Assembly: GCA_964401055.1 (NCBI GenBank)
Contig: CAYNWW010000001.1
Location: 105,003 to 169,002 of the forward strand
Direction of reading: 5' to 3'
From: an uncultured Candidatus Saccharibacteria bacterium
GTDB taxonomy: Bacteria > Patescibacteriota > JAUYIX01 > CAYNWW01
Length of the DNA stretch: 64,000 bases
The position numbers and the translations under genes were made by a program. Every line of letters starts with the position of its first letter. Positions within the stretch are counted from its first letter, which is position 1. The notes beneath the pieces are model-generated. The model ran no database searches. It was given only the letters and a program-made list of their open reading frames with translations, and was not told the origin of the DNA. Shown piece after piece: positions 1 to 9,514 of this stretch.

Positions 1-40
1 CGACCAATGCCGGTTTTTGCGCGTGCATCAATGCCTATTC

Positions 41-1195
41 TCATATGTGTGCCTCCGTGGCTTGAATGAATGTTTTTTTAAGTGCGTGCGCGCTTGCATC
101 CCAGTCGAAATGCGCGATTTGTTGTTGTGTCGGCATATCTTGTTTGGCTTGCGCAGTTGTGGCACCAACTTCTCTGAGCGCAGCGATGAGCTCGGCAAGG
201 TTGTACGGATTGATGAGCGTTGCTTGAGCTCCGGTGATTTCGGGCAATGAGGAGGCGGCGGAGGTGATGACTGGCTTGTGTGCGGCAAGCGCTTCAAGTG
301 CAGGAAATCCGAATCCTTCGAAAAAAGAAGGATACAGGACGGCGCGACTGAGTCTGTAGAGCGGTGCTTTATCTTTTTGCTCGACAAAGCCGATCACGCG
401 GATGCGTTCCCCAAGTCCCAGACTGCGATTGAGCTCGAGCGCGCGTTCATATAACCAGCCCTTTGCTCCGGCGATCACGAGATCGACTAATGGCAATTCA
501 GCGGCCACGCGAGCGAAGGCCTCGAGTACGCTTTCGAGATTTTTGCGCGGTTCGAGCGTGCCTAGACACAGGAAGAAGCTTCGTGGAGGCGTTGGTAGTT
601 GATAGGCTGCGCGAACTCGATCTTCATCTTTTTGGGAGTGAGACGCAAGAAACAACGGATTTATACCGGGAGAAACAACGTGAACTTTGTCTGCCGCAAC
701 TTTGTAGGCGCGGACGAGATGCTCTTTTGTGTGTGCGGAGACGGCGGTGATGACAGCTGACTCCCGTACTTCTCGCCGCGGATCGACAAACCAATGCCAC
801 GCGCGTCGTTTGAGCGAGAAAAATTCGGGAAATAATTCAAATGAAAGATCGTGAATGGTAAGCACTTTCGCGCATGCGCGAGAGACTGGTGTGATCCGCA
901 AGTTTGGTACAAACAAAACGTCGACCCCACCCAGTACGCGATCAATCAGTGGTCGATGAAAAAATTTTAAAGAAAAATTGAGCAGCTTGTTTGGGTAGCG
1001 CAATCGCACGAGCTGAACATTGGGGTAGGAAAATCCCAAAACTTCAGGCGGAACCGCGCCAAAGCTGTTGTAGAATAAGCGATACTCGGTAGCCGCGTCT
1101 TGTGCAAACAGTGCATGCAAGAGCTCAATCACATACTCATTGATCCCTGAATGCGCACCTGCTTCACATGAACGAAGATCAATTCCGATCTTCAT
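41..1195 (-). CDS. GT4-family glycosyltransferase (GT-B fold)
   Basis: 384 aa ORF. The C-terminal EX7E-type motif EGFGFPALEALAAHKPVITS is typical of GT4 retaining glycosyltransferases. It overlaps the upstream Wzz-like ORF by 17 nt. Confidence 0.8.
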   Translation of the reverse strand: MKIGIDLRSCEAGAHSGINEYVIELLHALFAQDAATEYRLFYNSFGAVPPEVLGFSYPNVQLVRLRYPNKLLNFSLKFFHRPLIDRVLGGVDVLFVPNLRITPVSRACAKVLTIHDLSFELFPEFFSLKRRAWHWFVDPRREVRESAVITAVSAHTKEHLVRAYKVAADKVHVVSPGINPLFLASHSQKDEDRVRAAYQLPTPPRSFFLCLGTLEPRKNLESVLEAFARVAAELPLVDLVIAGAKGWLYERALELNRSLGLGERIRVIGFVEQKDKAPLYRLSRAVLYPSFFEGFGFPALEALAAHKPVITSAASSLPEITGAQATLINPYNLAELIAALREVGATTAQAKQDMPTQQQIAHFDWDASAHALKKTFIQATEAHI

Positions 1196-1796
1196 GGAGA
1201 TAGTTCAACATGATGACTACGCCAAGCGCCACGATCGTGCCAACAACCAAGCCAATGAGCAGGTTGAGTGCAAGATTTTGTGCCGCCTCTTTTGTCACCG
1301 CGTCGGAAAATACAAGTTGAAACGAAGTTGACCCCTTACTTGCGTCGTTGATGGTTTTTGTTTTTTCATCAAACGCTTGCTGCAAACCAGAGACCAATTT
1401 TTTTGCTGTTTCTTCGCTGTCTGTGGTGAAACGAATTTCGACATTTTGCGCCGAGAGCTTGTTGGCGGTGAAAATTTTTGCAAGTTTCTTGATATTCTGC
1501 GTAGGCGCCGCAATCCCGGCTTTGTCAAATACATTCACAATTACGTCAGGGCTCTCTGCCCAGCTTGTGACTGTATCGGAAAACAATTCTGAGGCTTGAA
1601 TCGCGTAATACCCGTCGTATTGATAGTCGGGCGTTTGCTGTTTTTCCGAAGTGGTAATGCCGATGGTGGATGAAGTAAGAAAACTCGGGTTGCGCGTGAG
1701 TGTAAACGCGCAAGTCGCAGCAAGCGCGCCGACAATGATCGCGGCTACAAGCAGTTTCTTTTGAAGAATGAGCGCGATATAGTGATGCAGTTCCAT
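1179..1796 (-). CDS. Wzz/YveK-like polysaccharide chain-length determinant (short form, two TM helices)
   Basis: 205 aa with an N-terminal TM (LLVAAIIVGALAATCAFTL), a periplasmic-type domain and a C-terminal TM (LLIGLVVGTIVALGVVIML). The architecture matches PF02706-like short Wzz proteins, and it lies between GT genes. Confidence 0.55.
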   Translation of the reverse strand: MELHHYIALILQKKLLVAAIIVGALAATCAFTLTRNPSFLTSSTIGITTSEKQQTPDYQYDGYYAIQASELFSDTVTSWAESPDVIVNVFDKAGIAAPTQNIKKLAKIFTANKLSAQNVEIRFTTDSEETAKKLVSGLQQAFDEKTKTINDASKGSTSFQLVFSDAVTKEAAQNLALNLLIGLVVGTIVALGVVIMLNYLHEDRN

Positions 1797-1804
1797 AAAA
1801 ATAA

Positions 1805-2932
1805 TTAAAAATGATAGTTCGCGCGGTGTTCTGCGAGTGCGGTGTCAACGTAATCGCGAATGCGTTTTTTAAACAACTCGCGGTCAAATTCAGCCGCATG
1901 TTGTTTGATGAAAAACGGATCAAACTGATCTTTCGTTGCCTCAAAGCGTTGAATAGCTTCGACGAGCGACGGCACGGTTTGCTCGGTAAAAAACAAGCCT
2001 GTTTTTCCGTCGATCACGCTTTCGGTTGCACCGCCCTTTCCGTACGCAATCACGGGGCGACCAGCCGCCATCGCTTCGACGGCCGCGATACCGAAGTCTT
2101 CTTCTTGCGGATTGATAAATGCTTTTGATTGCGCAATCACGGGGCGTTTTTCTTCGTCTGAAAGCATTCCTAGGAACTCAATATTTTTGCGAGCAAGCGC
2201 GCGCAACCGATGTTCTTCTTCACCGCCGCCAATCACTTTCAGTGGCAGCCCAAGCTGGTTGAATGCTTCGATCGCCAAATCCACTTTTTTGTACGGCCGA
2301 AGTCGACTCACAATGACGTAATAATCCTGTGGTTCAGCTAGTGTAAATTGCGCGGTCTCAACCGGCGGATAAATGACGTCGGCGTCGCGCTGATAATATT
2401 TTTTGATGCGATGCTGCACATATGCCGAGTTGGCAATGAATTTGTTGACGCGATCGGCGGACATTTTATCCCAAATTCGCAAATACGTGCTAAACAGCTG
2501 TACCATTTTTTTGACAAATTTGGGGCCGCGGATTGTGGAAACATAATCAAAATGATCATTCCACAAATAGCGCGTCGGTGTGTGGCAAAAACAAATATGA
2601 AGAGTTTCCGGCTTGGTAATAATTCCTTTTGAATACGCCGAACTTGAAGAAATCACCACGTCGTAGCGAGAAAAATCAAATTGCTCAAACGCGGCCGGCA
2701 TGAGTGGCAAAAACCATTTGTACCGTCGCACGCCAAAAGGAAGTCGCTGAATAAACGACGTCCGGATATCAAGCGTTGCAAAATCCGGCCCCATGGCTTT
2801 TTTGTCATAGGTCAGAGTATAGATCGGCGCTTGCGGATACATCTCGTGCAGAGCGAGCAATACTTTTTCTGCCCCACCGAGTTGATTGAGGTGGTCGTGA
2901 ACCAGAGCGATTTTCATAGATTTAGAGAGCAC
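1805..2932 (-). CDS. GT4-family glycosyltransferase
   Basis: 375 aa. It carries the motif EEDFGIAAVEAMAAGRPVIA (E-X7-E) and has an N-terminal Rossmann-like start, MKIALVHDHLNQLGGAEKV. Confidence 0.8.
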   Translation of the reverse strand: MLSKSMKIALVHDHLNQLGGAEKVLLALHEMYPQAPIYTLTYDKKAMGPDFATLDIRTSFIQRLPFGVRRYKWFLPLMPAAFEQFDFSRYDVVISSSSAYSKGIITKPETLHICFCHTPTRYLWNDHFDYVSTIRGPKFVKKMVQLFSTYLRIWDKMSADRVNKFIANSAYVQHRIKKYYQRDADVIYPPVETAQFTLAEPQDYYVIVSRLRPYKKVDLAIEAFNQLGLPLKVIGGGEEEHRLRALARKNIEFLGMLSDEEKRPVIAQSKAFINPQEEDFGIAAVEAMAAGRPVIAYGKGGATESVIDGKTGLFFTEQTVPSLVEAIQRFEATKDQFDPFFIKQHAAEFDRELFKKRIRDYVDTALAEHRANYHF

Positions 2933-4346
2933 TCCTTTTCTTCAGCACAGCCGGAATTGTTTGTAATAAAATCTTGATATCGAGTGCAAGCGACCAGTGC
3001 TCAATATAGTGTACGTCGAGACGCACCTCTTCATCAAATGACAAATCCGACCGTCCGAGCACTTGCGCCATGCCGGTAATACCCGGCTTGATACGCAGGA
3101 CGTCGCGCTGATCCGGCCGATATTTGCTTACTTCTTCAGGAAAATGTGGTCGCGGTCCCACCAAACTCATGTCGCCGCGCAACACAATAAATAATTCCGG
3201 CAACTCATCAATGCTAAATCGGCGGATAAATCGGCCAAACGGCGTGATGCGAGGGTCGTTTTCGATTTTGACCAACGGTGTATCTTTGCGCAGGTTTTGT
3301 TGTGCGAGCGTGGTGTATCGTTGTTGGTGCACATTGTGTCGCATTGATCGGAATTTAAAATACGGAAACGGTTTGCCGCCCTGACCGACACGTTGCACGA
3401 GATCGCCATTTTCTAATTTGCTAAAAAATACTGGTCCGGGCGAGGTGAGTTTGACGATGAGCGCGGTGATGATATACACCGGCGACAACAAGATGATGAG
3501 AATGAGTGAGCCCACAATGTCCATCAGTCGCTTGGTGATTTTTCCCCATCCGTCGAGCGGTGTGGGTTTGATTTCAATCAGCGGATTGCCGGCGATGTTT
3601 GTGACCGCAATATTTGATGTGTGAGTTTGGTAGAGATTGGGCGCAATCGTCACGTCGATTTTATGCTCATGGGCGTATTTGATCAGCTGGAGCGTGATTT
3701 GCGAAGGCATTTCTGGATCGCATTGGATTAGGTCGTCCACTCCCGGTCGCTTGATTAACTCATCAAGTTTGTTTTTATACTCATCTACTGCAAGCGAACT
3801 TACAAGCTGGGAGATGATTTTATATCTTCCCTGACGCGGATGAGTCGCTTCTTTTACAATGTCATACGAAGCCGATGTCTCTCCAATAATCACTGTTCGG
3901 TGTACTCCGATCCCATATCGATATAAAAATTCCTGCACACCTCTTGCAAGAGCTCGACCTATGGTGATAAACAGAAGCGCTGTTGCCCAGGATCCGAGTA
4001 CAAGGAAACGAGATGAAAGAAAGAGTTCTTTTTGGAGGAAAATAAATACAATTATCCCCATAAATCCGGAAGAAATTGCAAGAAAGATTTTCCCGAATTC
4101 ATCAAAGCTATTACGGCGCAAGTGTGTGTTATAGAGGCCTGCAAATGCAAAAATAATCAGAAAAAGCGGAATAATGATTCCTGTTGCGATCAAGAATTCA
4201 TAAAAAGTAATCTGGTAACCTTCCGGGAATAATTTTTCTATGGTTGTACGGAAGCGGATGTCGTAGGTTATAATCGCACTCAAAAGCAGCATGAGGGCAT
4301 CAAGCGGGACAAGGAGAGCGGTAAATAATAATTCTGATCGTTTCAT
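2922..4346 (-). CDS. Exopolysaccharide polyprenyl glycosylphosphotransferase (WbaP/bacterial sugar transferase family, initiating enzyme)
   Basis: 474 aa with N-terminal TM helices and a C-terminal bacterial sugar transferase signature (FKFRSM ... DELPELFIVLRGDMSLVGPRP). Confidence 0.85.
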   Translation of the reverse strand: MKRSELLFTALLVPLDALMLLLSAIITYDIRFRTTIEKLFPEGYQITFYEFLIATGIIIPLFLIIFAFAGLYNTHLRRNSFDEFGKIFLAISSGFMGIIVFIFLQKELFLSSRFLVLGSWATALLFITIGRALARGVQEFLYRYGIGVHRTVIIGETSASYDIVKEATHPRQGRYKIISQLVSSLAVDEYKNKLDELIKRPGVDDLIQCDPEMPSQITLQLIKYAHEHKIDVTIAPNLYQTHTSNIAVTNIAGNPLIEIKPTPLDGWGKITKRLMDIVGSLILIILLSPVYIITALIVKLTSPGPVFFSKLENGDLVQRVGQGGKPFPYFKFRSMRHNVHQQRYTTLAQQNLRKDTPLVKIENDPRITPFGRFIRRFSIDELPELFIVLRGDMSLVGPRPHFPEEVSKYRPDQRDVLRIKPGITGMAQVLGRSDLSFDEEVRLDVHYIEHWSLALDIKILLQTIPAVLKKRSAL

Positions 4347-4359
4347 AAAATTTTTATAA

Positions 4360-4778
4360 GCTTCGGCGCATCGTAAGCCGAGTTCTGTCTCCCGGGCGGA
4401 TTTCGCCGCACGGGATGATGATCATCTCTCTAGCATCGCGCTCGCGCGCGCTGTCATGCGAGCTACCATATTTGCTCTTGCACGAAACGGGGTTTGCAAC
4501 TGAGCCGCATTGCTGCGTCTCACTGTGCGCTCTTACCGCACTCTTTTCACCCTTACCTGTGGCGTTTGGCTTGCGCCTCGTGCGCACGGGCGGTATTGTC
4601 TCTGTTGTACTTTCCCTAGGACCGTTGTCGATCTCGCCTTGATTTCCGAGGCGTTTATTCATATAAAATGAATTTGGCTGCACGAACTTGCGCCCGCCAG
4701 CCAACGTGCTCGGACTTTCCTCTCAATTCTTGTCTCAAATAAGGCAAAAATTGAGCGATCATCTGATACGCCGAAGCA
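4360..4778 (-). ncRNA. rnpB: RNase P RNA (bacterial type A-like)
   Basis: The minus-strand transcript contains GAGAGGAAAGUCCGAGCAC (P4 5' strand), ACAACAGAGACAAUACCGCC, CAGGUAAGGGUGAAAAGAGUGCGGUAAGAGCGCAC and ACAGAACUCGGCUUA (P4 3' strand). A P1 helix, GCUUCGGCGUAUC/GAUGCGCCGAAGC, closes the molecule. The ends are approximate. Confidence 0.8.
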
Positions 4779-4825
4779 AGGCTATCGTAGCAGAAAAATG
4801 CATTTTTGTCAAAATCTTGGGGCGC

Positions 4826-4856
4826 ATAAAAACCGCATTGCTGTGCGGTTTTTATG
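4826..4856. terminator. Bidirectional rho-independent terminator between rplI and rnpB
   Basis: The hairpin AACCGCATTGCTGTGCGGTT is flanked by A-runs and T-runs on both strands. Confidence 0.5.
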
Positions 4857-4879
4857 CAGTGTGCAGGCGCAGGAATTGG

Positions 4880-5356
4880 TTATTCTTCGCTGCCGATTTC
4901 TGCTGTGATCACCAGGCGCGTTTTTGCCTTGATATTTTTGAGCAATTTGATGGTAACTGGGTATTCGCCGGCCTTTTTGATTGATTGAGGAAGGAAAATA
5001 TTTTTCTTATCAACGGTGATCCCGACAACTTTCATCAACTCATCTGCGACGTCTTGCTTGGTGATTGAGCCGTAAAGGATTTCGTCCTTTGAGGCTTTGA
5101 CGCTGAATGAAAGTGGCTTTTCCTCGAGTTTTTGCTTGATGACGAGAGATTTCTGCGCTTCTTGAGTTTCAAGCTCCTTGAGTGCTTCTTGTTCTTTCAA
5201 AGCAGCTGCAAGACTTGCTTTGGTTCCGAGTGTTGCGGCGCCGCGAGGCAACAAGAAATTTTTGGCAAAACCACGAGAAACGCGATGAATTTGGCCTTTG
5301 ATGCCGACGTTTTCGACGTCTTGCTTGAGAATGATCTGAACTTGCTTAGTAGCCAT
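4880..5356 (-). CDS. rplI: 50S ribosomal protein L9
   Basis: The N-terminus, QVQIILKQDVENVGIKGQIHRVSRGFAKNFLLPRG, matches the conserved L9 N-domain. Confidence 0.85.
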   Translation of the reverse strand: MATKQVQIILKQDVENVGIKGQIHRVSRGFAKNFLLPRGAATLGTKASLAAALKEQEALKELETQEAQKSLVIKQKLEEKPLSFSVKASKDEILYGSITKQDVADELMKVVGITVDKKNIFLPQSIKKAGEYPVTIKLLKNIKAKTRLVITAEIGSEE

Positions 5357-5432
5357 ACAATAAAACTAATGCTGAATATACAGAGATTCTACCTGCTTTT
5401 TGGAGATAATGCAAGTCCGGTGGGCGCGATTG

Positions 5433-6650
5433 CTATTTGAGAAGCTCGATTGCCTTGTCGAGTTGTGGATCCTGGTTGTTTTTGTAGTTGTCGTCCGTGA
5501 TCTCAACTTTGATGTCAGGTTCAATGCCGTTGCCATGAATATTGACGCCTTTGGGTGTGAGCCATTTTGCAATGGTTACTCGGATGCTTGCGCCGCCGCT
5601 GAGATCTGAAAATTCTTGGACTGAACCCTTCCCAAATGTTTTTTGTCCGACGAGTTTGCTGCCAAGGTCGTCGTGAAGCGCGCCAGCGAGGATTTCTGAA
5701 GCGGAGGCGCTCCCGCCGTTGACTAGGACTACTACGGGGACTTCTTTGAGACGTGCGTTGCCAAGTGCCATATGATCAATCTTCTTATCCTTACTGAATG
5801 CTTCACTGACTACCACTCCTTTTTCAATGAATTCACTTGCGATATCGATGGCGGAATCAAGGAAACCGCCGGGGTTGTTGCGCACATCAAGGATGAGCTT
5901 TTTTGCACCCGCTTTTTGGAATTCGCTTACTGCGTTGTCAAAATCCTTGCTAGTGTCTTCGCCGAATCGAGAGATTTTGATGTAGAATAAGCCATTGCCT
6001 TTGTCAGAGAACTCGACGCTTTTTACTGAGATGGTGTCTCGCGTGATAGTGAATTCGCGTACTTTATCCTCTTTACCTCGATGAATTGTCAGATGTACAC
6101 TTGTTCCCTTTGCGCCACGAATCAGGCCAACTGCATCGTCGAGTCCAAGATCTGTTGTTGGCTTGTCGCCAATTTTTAAGATTGCATCCCCTGCCTGCAA
6201 CCCCGCTTTTTGACCTGGGCTGTTTTGGATTGGTGTAATAATGGTGATTGCGTTATCTTTCAATCCTATTTCAATCCCAATTCCTTCAAACGTGCCGCTG
6301 ATTTCACTTTGAAATGACTTTGTCATGTCCGGAGTCATGAACGCGGTATATGGATCGCCGAGAGATTTTACCATACCATCGATGGCGCCGTAGAGAATTT
6401 TTTGTTTGTCTGCTGGGCGATCAACGTACTTCTCGTTAATCAAATCGTAGACTTTCCAAAATAAATCAAAATTAACATCGGCGGGTTTGTTGGTGAGTGT
6501 GTTGACAAACTGTGTTGTTGACCTGCTTTGTCCAGAGTCTACGCTTCTTCCAACGTAAAGTCCAAGTGCAAATGCAGCAGCTAAAAGGATAATAACGGTC
6601 GACCTCATGAATGACTTTTTTTCGCTTGGCTGTTCGCCTGATGAAATCAT
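5433..6650 (-). CDS. ctpA: Carboxyl-terminal processing protease (S41 family, PDZ-containing)
   Basis: 405 aa with a signal/TM segment, a PDZ region and the S41 catalytic motif GGSASASEILAGAL. Confidence 0.85.
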   Translation of the reverse strand: MISSGEQPSEKKSFMRSTVIILLAAAFALGLYVGRSVDSGQSRSTTQFVNTLTNKPADVNFDLFWKVYDLINEKYVDRPADKQKILYGAIDGMVKSLGDPYTAFMTPDMTKSFQSEISGTFEGIGIEIGLKDNAITIITPIQNSPGQKAGLQAGDAILKIGDKPTTDLGLDDAVGLIRGAKGTSVHLTIHRGKEDKVREFTITRDTISVKSVEFSDKGNGLFYIKISRFGEDTSKDFDNAVSEFQKAGAKKLILDVRNNPGGFLDSAIDIASEFIEKGVVVSEAFSKDKKIDHMALGNARLKEVPVVVLVNGGSASASEILAGALHDDLGSKLVGQKTFGKGSVQEFSDLSGGASIRVTIAKWLTPKGVNIHGNGIEPDIKVEITDDNYKNNQDPQLDKAIELLK

Positions 6651-6659
6651 GTGGTGTTA

Positions 6660-8666
6660 TTAGAATGTGACAGTGAACTCGCGATCGTATACAAGATCCG
6701 TTGTGAAATCAACCTCTTTGTCTTTTTCGATTCGCCCAAGTTCTTTGGGAGAAATTGCGTTTATGTTTTTTGGAAATTTTATATGAACATGGAGCTGTTC
6801 GTCTATCGTGCCGGGTTGTTTTTGAACCATGAGGCTGTAGTGCCCCTGACGAATTTGATCTCCAATGCGTGCGGGAAGCGTGTATTCTATGATTGTCTGC
6901 TCGGTATCTTTTGGCTCGATTGATTTGTATCCACCAAAACTTGCCTTTCCTAATTCGCTTGTGACATCAAGCGCTATTGCATCGTTGTATCGTCGGTCGG
7001 AATTTGCATTGCGCTGGCCTTTTACGGATACAAACTGACTACCTTCCGGAACAAGGAGTCGTGAGTAAGTGTTGTAACGAGTTGTTTTCCAGTCAAATCC
7101 TTTGCCCGCGTGATTGTATGTCATTGTTACGGTCGCCTTTGGATTGCTGAGATCGGTTGCGTCGAGATAATAGTCAATTGTTCGCTTCATTACTTGGTCC
7201 GTTTTGAGACTTGCAAGGTTGGCATCAACATACTGGATGTAGTCGCCGTCAGTCTCCTTTACTCGGCTATCCCAGTTTTGTTCGGATATTGTTTTTTGGA
7301 TATCTTCATCATCAACAACCATCATGGCATGTTTCTGATGGAACTGATCTACTACCAAGTCGGCAAAATCGATCCATTTTTCCTTTGGAAGGGTGAATAG
7401 TTTATCTAGCACGACGGTACTAAATTCTCCAATAATATCTTTGCGATCTTTTTCTGCGATTCCAAGGTTTACAAAAGCTCGCTCGACAATTATTTCGAGT
7501 TGATCAACCGTGTTGTCTTTTGTGAACTCGTATGGATAGCCTTTGACTTTGACTGGGCCTGTCACCTCGAGCAGTGCTTGGAGCATGGTTGGCGTGACGC
7601 CAATGACGCCATAAAATTCGCCTTGGCCTCCTTCGCGGTGGTAAAACTCTTCAGCTTTTTTCGCAGAAGTCGGAAAATCCGGCGACCAGTTGGCATCGCG
7701 GAAAAACCATTGTGGATTGATGTATTTCTTGATTGGTGCGGGCGGATTTTTATCGCCTTGACCCTCTTTGTCAATGTTGTAGACGTTGTCGGAAACGAAT
7801 TTTTTTATCTCGCCATTTTCGAGAGTAAGAATTCCGTATGTGCCAATAAATCCTCCGCTTGGTCGAAGTTCGGTATTGTTTTGGAATAAGAAAAGATAAT
7901 CTCGAGCCTCTTTGTATCCTGCAATATCCGGAAGAATTTTTGAAAACACCAAAATTTCATCAATAGCCTGACGGAAATCCGGCAATTTTTCAGTAGCAGT
8001 TTGTTTGATTGTACGAATCTGTCGAAGAGTACCGAAGTCTGGTATTGAATCGATAGTTGCCTGCGTCTTAGTCAGTTCTTGCTTAACTGTTTCAAAAACG
8101 GGCGATTCGTCGTGAAATGCTGCGAGCATGTCGCGTTTTTGCTCAGGACTAAGGCTATGGAAATCAGTTACTTTTTCCGAGGTAAGCGGTGCAGTAATGC
8201 GCTCGGTGGATCCCACAAGTTTTTCAAGCGAGTATGTAAGCTGGACGCTTGCGCTCAGTAGTTGATCAACTGCAAATAGCTGGCGATGGACGAGTGGAAT
8301 TGCGTTGAGCCAGGAGACGCGTCCAAGTGCGGATTGAGCATTTTGGAAATCAGTGCGCGCTGCCACCACCTTATTTTTTGCGGGCTCGAGTTGTTGTGAT
8401 TTGATGAGATTTTGTGCAGACTCGAGATCAGTTTTCCCGGCTGTTGCTTGTTCGTATGCATGTTTAAAATCTTTGCCGTAGACGGCATATACAATGCCTC
8501 CGCTGATGGCGACGAGCAGGATAAGTCCGCCAAGAATACTGCCGCTGATGATAAGACCTTTTTTGAGTTTGGGGTGTTGTTTGAAAAAAGATTTTTTTGC
8601 GGCGGCTGGTTTTTGTGCTGTTGTTTTTGCTGTGCTCGGTTGTGGCTTGGGAGGTTGTTGGAGCAT
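6660..8666 (-). CDS. Membrane-anchored extracytoplasmic protein, DUF4012-like
   Basis: 668 aa with a Lys/Pro-rich N-terminus, a single TM helix and then a large exported domain. The motif NTELRPSGGFIGTYG resembles the DUF4012 signature, but the family assignment is from memory only. Confidence 0.5.
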   Translation of the reverse strand: MLQQPPKPQPSTAKTTAQKPAAAKKSFFKQHPKLKKGLIISGSILGGLILLVAISGGIVYAVYGKDFKHAYEQATAGKTDLESAQNLIKSQQLEPAKNKVVAARTDFQNAQSALGRVSWLNAIPLVHRQLFAVDQLLSASVQLTYSLEKLVGSTERITAPLTSEKVTDFHSLSPEQKRDMLAAFHDESPVFETVKQELTKTQATIDSIPDFGTLRQIRTIKQTATEKLPDFRQAIDEILVFSKILPDIAGYKEARDYLFLFQNNTELRPSGGFIGTYGILTLENGEIKKFVSDNVYNIDKEGQGDKNPPAPIKKYINPQWFFRDANWSPDFPTSAKKAEEFYHREGGQGEFYGVIGVTPTMLQALLEVTGPVKVKGYPYEFTKDNTVDQLEIIVERAFVNLGIAEKDRKDIIGEFSTVVLDKLFTLPKEKWIDFADLVVDQFHQKHAMMVVDDEDIQKTISEQNWDSRVKETDGDYIQYVDANLASLKTDQVMKRTIDYYLDATDLSNPKATVTMTYNHAGKGFDWKTTRYNTYSRLLVPEGSQFVSVKGQRNANSDRRYNDAIALDVTSELGKASFGGYKSIEPKDTEQTIIEYTLPARIGDQIRQGHYSLMVQKQPGTIDEQLHVHIKFPKNINAISPKELGRIEKDKEVDFTTDLVYDREFTVTF

Positions 8667-8689
8667 ATGTTGTCTAAAGAATAAAACGC

Positions 8690-9514
8690 CTATTTTTCGG
8701 AACTGATAGTGTGTATAGTACTCGGTTTGCCCAGATATTTCCAGAAGTACTTAAAGCCGCTGAGCAAGTGGATTCGCGCCAATTTGTTGCGGGCTAAAAT
8801 GGAGACACCGTTGGCGCGGCCGCTCATGCGCTGGTAGTAGTGAACCATCTGCGCTTGAGGAAGATATGTCACTCGCCAGCCTTTTTCCCAAAATCGTCGG
8901 CACCAATCCATGTCTTCCATATACATGAAAAATCGTTCGTCCATTGGCCCCACTTCTTCGATCGCACTGCGGCGGACAAACATGGATGAACCCATGATCC
9001 AGTCCACATCGCGCGTGGTCGCGTGATCCCATTCGGCCATCAGGTTGCGCTCAATTGCTTGAGAGGCAAAATGGAATTGGCCGATCCAGCTGCGACGGTA
9101 CAGAATTATTTTTGGGGTGATGAATTTGCGGCAAGATTCTTGAAGCTCGCCGTTGGGGCTGATGATTTTTGGTCCGGTCACTGCGACGCGTGGATTCTGT
9201 TCCATAAATTCGTAGAGCGTTTCGATCGCGTGATCCATGACGACAATGTCCGGGTTGAGCACGAGAATGTAACGGCCTCGCGCATAGGCAATGCCTTTGT
9301 TGACGGCTTTTGCAAAACCTTCGTTGGCGTCTGAGTTGATCAAGTGGACGTCGGGAAATTCTTCCTGGAAAAACTCATCGCGTCGGTTGTGAGAATTGTT
9401 GTCGACCACAATCAGCTCGGTTTTAAACGGCAAATGCTGCACGTCAATAGAGCGGATGCAGTGCTTGGTCAACGGGAACGAATTGTAGTTGACGATGATT
9501 ATCGAGAGATCCAT
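8690..9514 (-). CDS. GT2-family glycosyltransferase
   Basis: It starts MDLSIIIVNYNS, carries a DXD-type motif (VVDNNSHN) and is 274 aa long. Confidence 0.8.
   Translation of the reverse strand: MDLSIIIVNYNSFPLTKHCIRSIDVQHLPFKTELIVVDNNSHNRRDEFFQEEFPDVHLINSDANEGFAKAVNKGIAYARGRYILVLNPDIVVMDHAIETLYEFMEQNPRVAVTGPKIISPNGELQESCRKFITPKIILYRRSWIGQFHFASQAIERNLMAEWDHATTRDVDWIMGSSMFVRRSAIEEVGPMDERFFMYMEDMDWCRRFWEKGWRVTYLPQAQMVHYYQRMSGRANGVSILARNKLARIHLLSGFKYFWKYLGKPSTIHTISSEK

Noticed and set aside
4354-4984. ORFs 4354..4704 (-) and 4688..4984 (+)
   Set aside because: They lie entirely within or across the RNase P RNA gene and its terminator. They have no coding signal or homology and are explained by the structured RNA.
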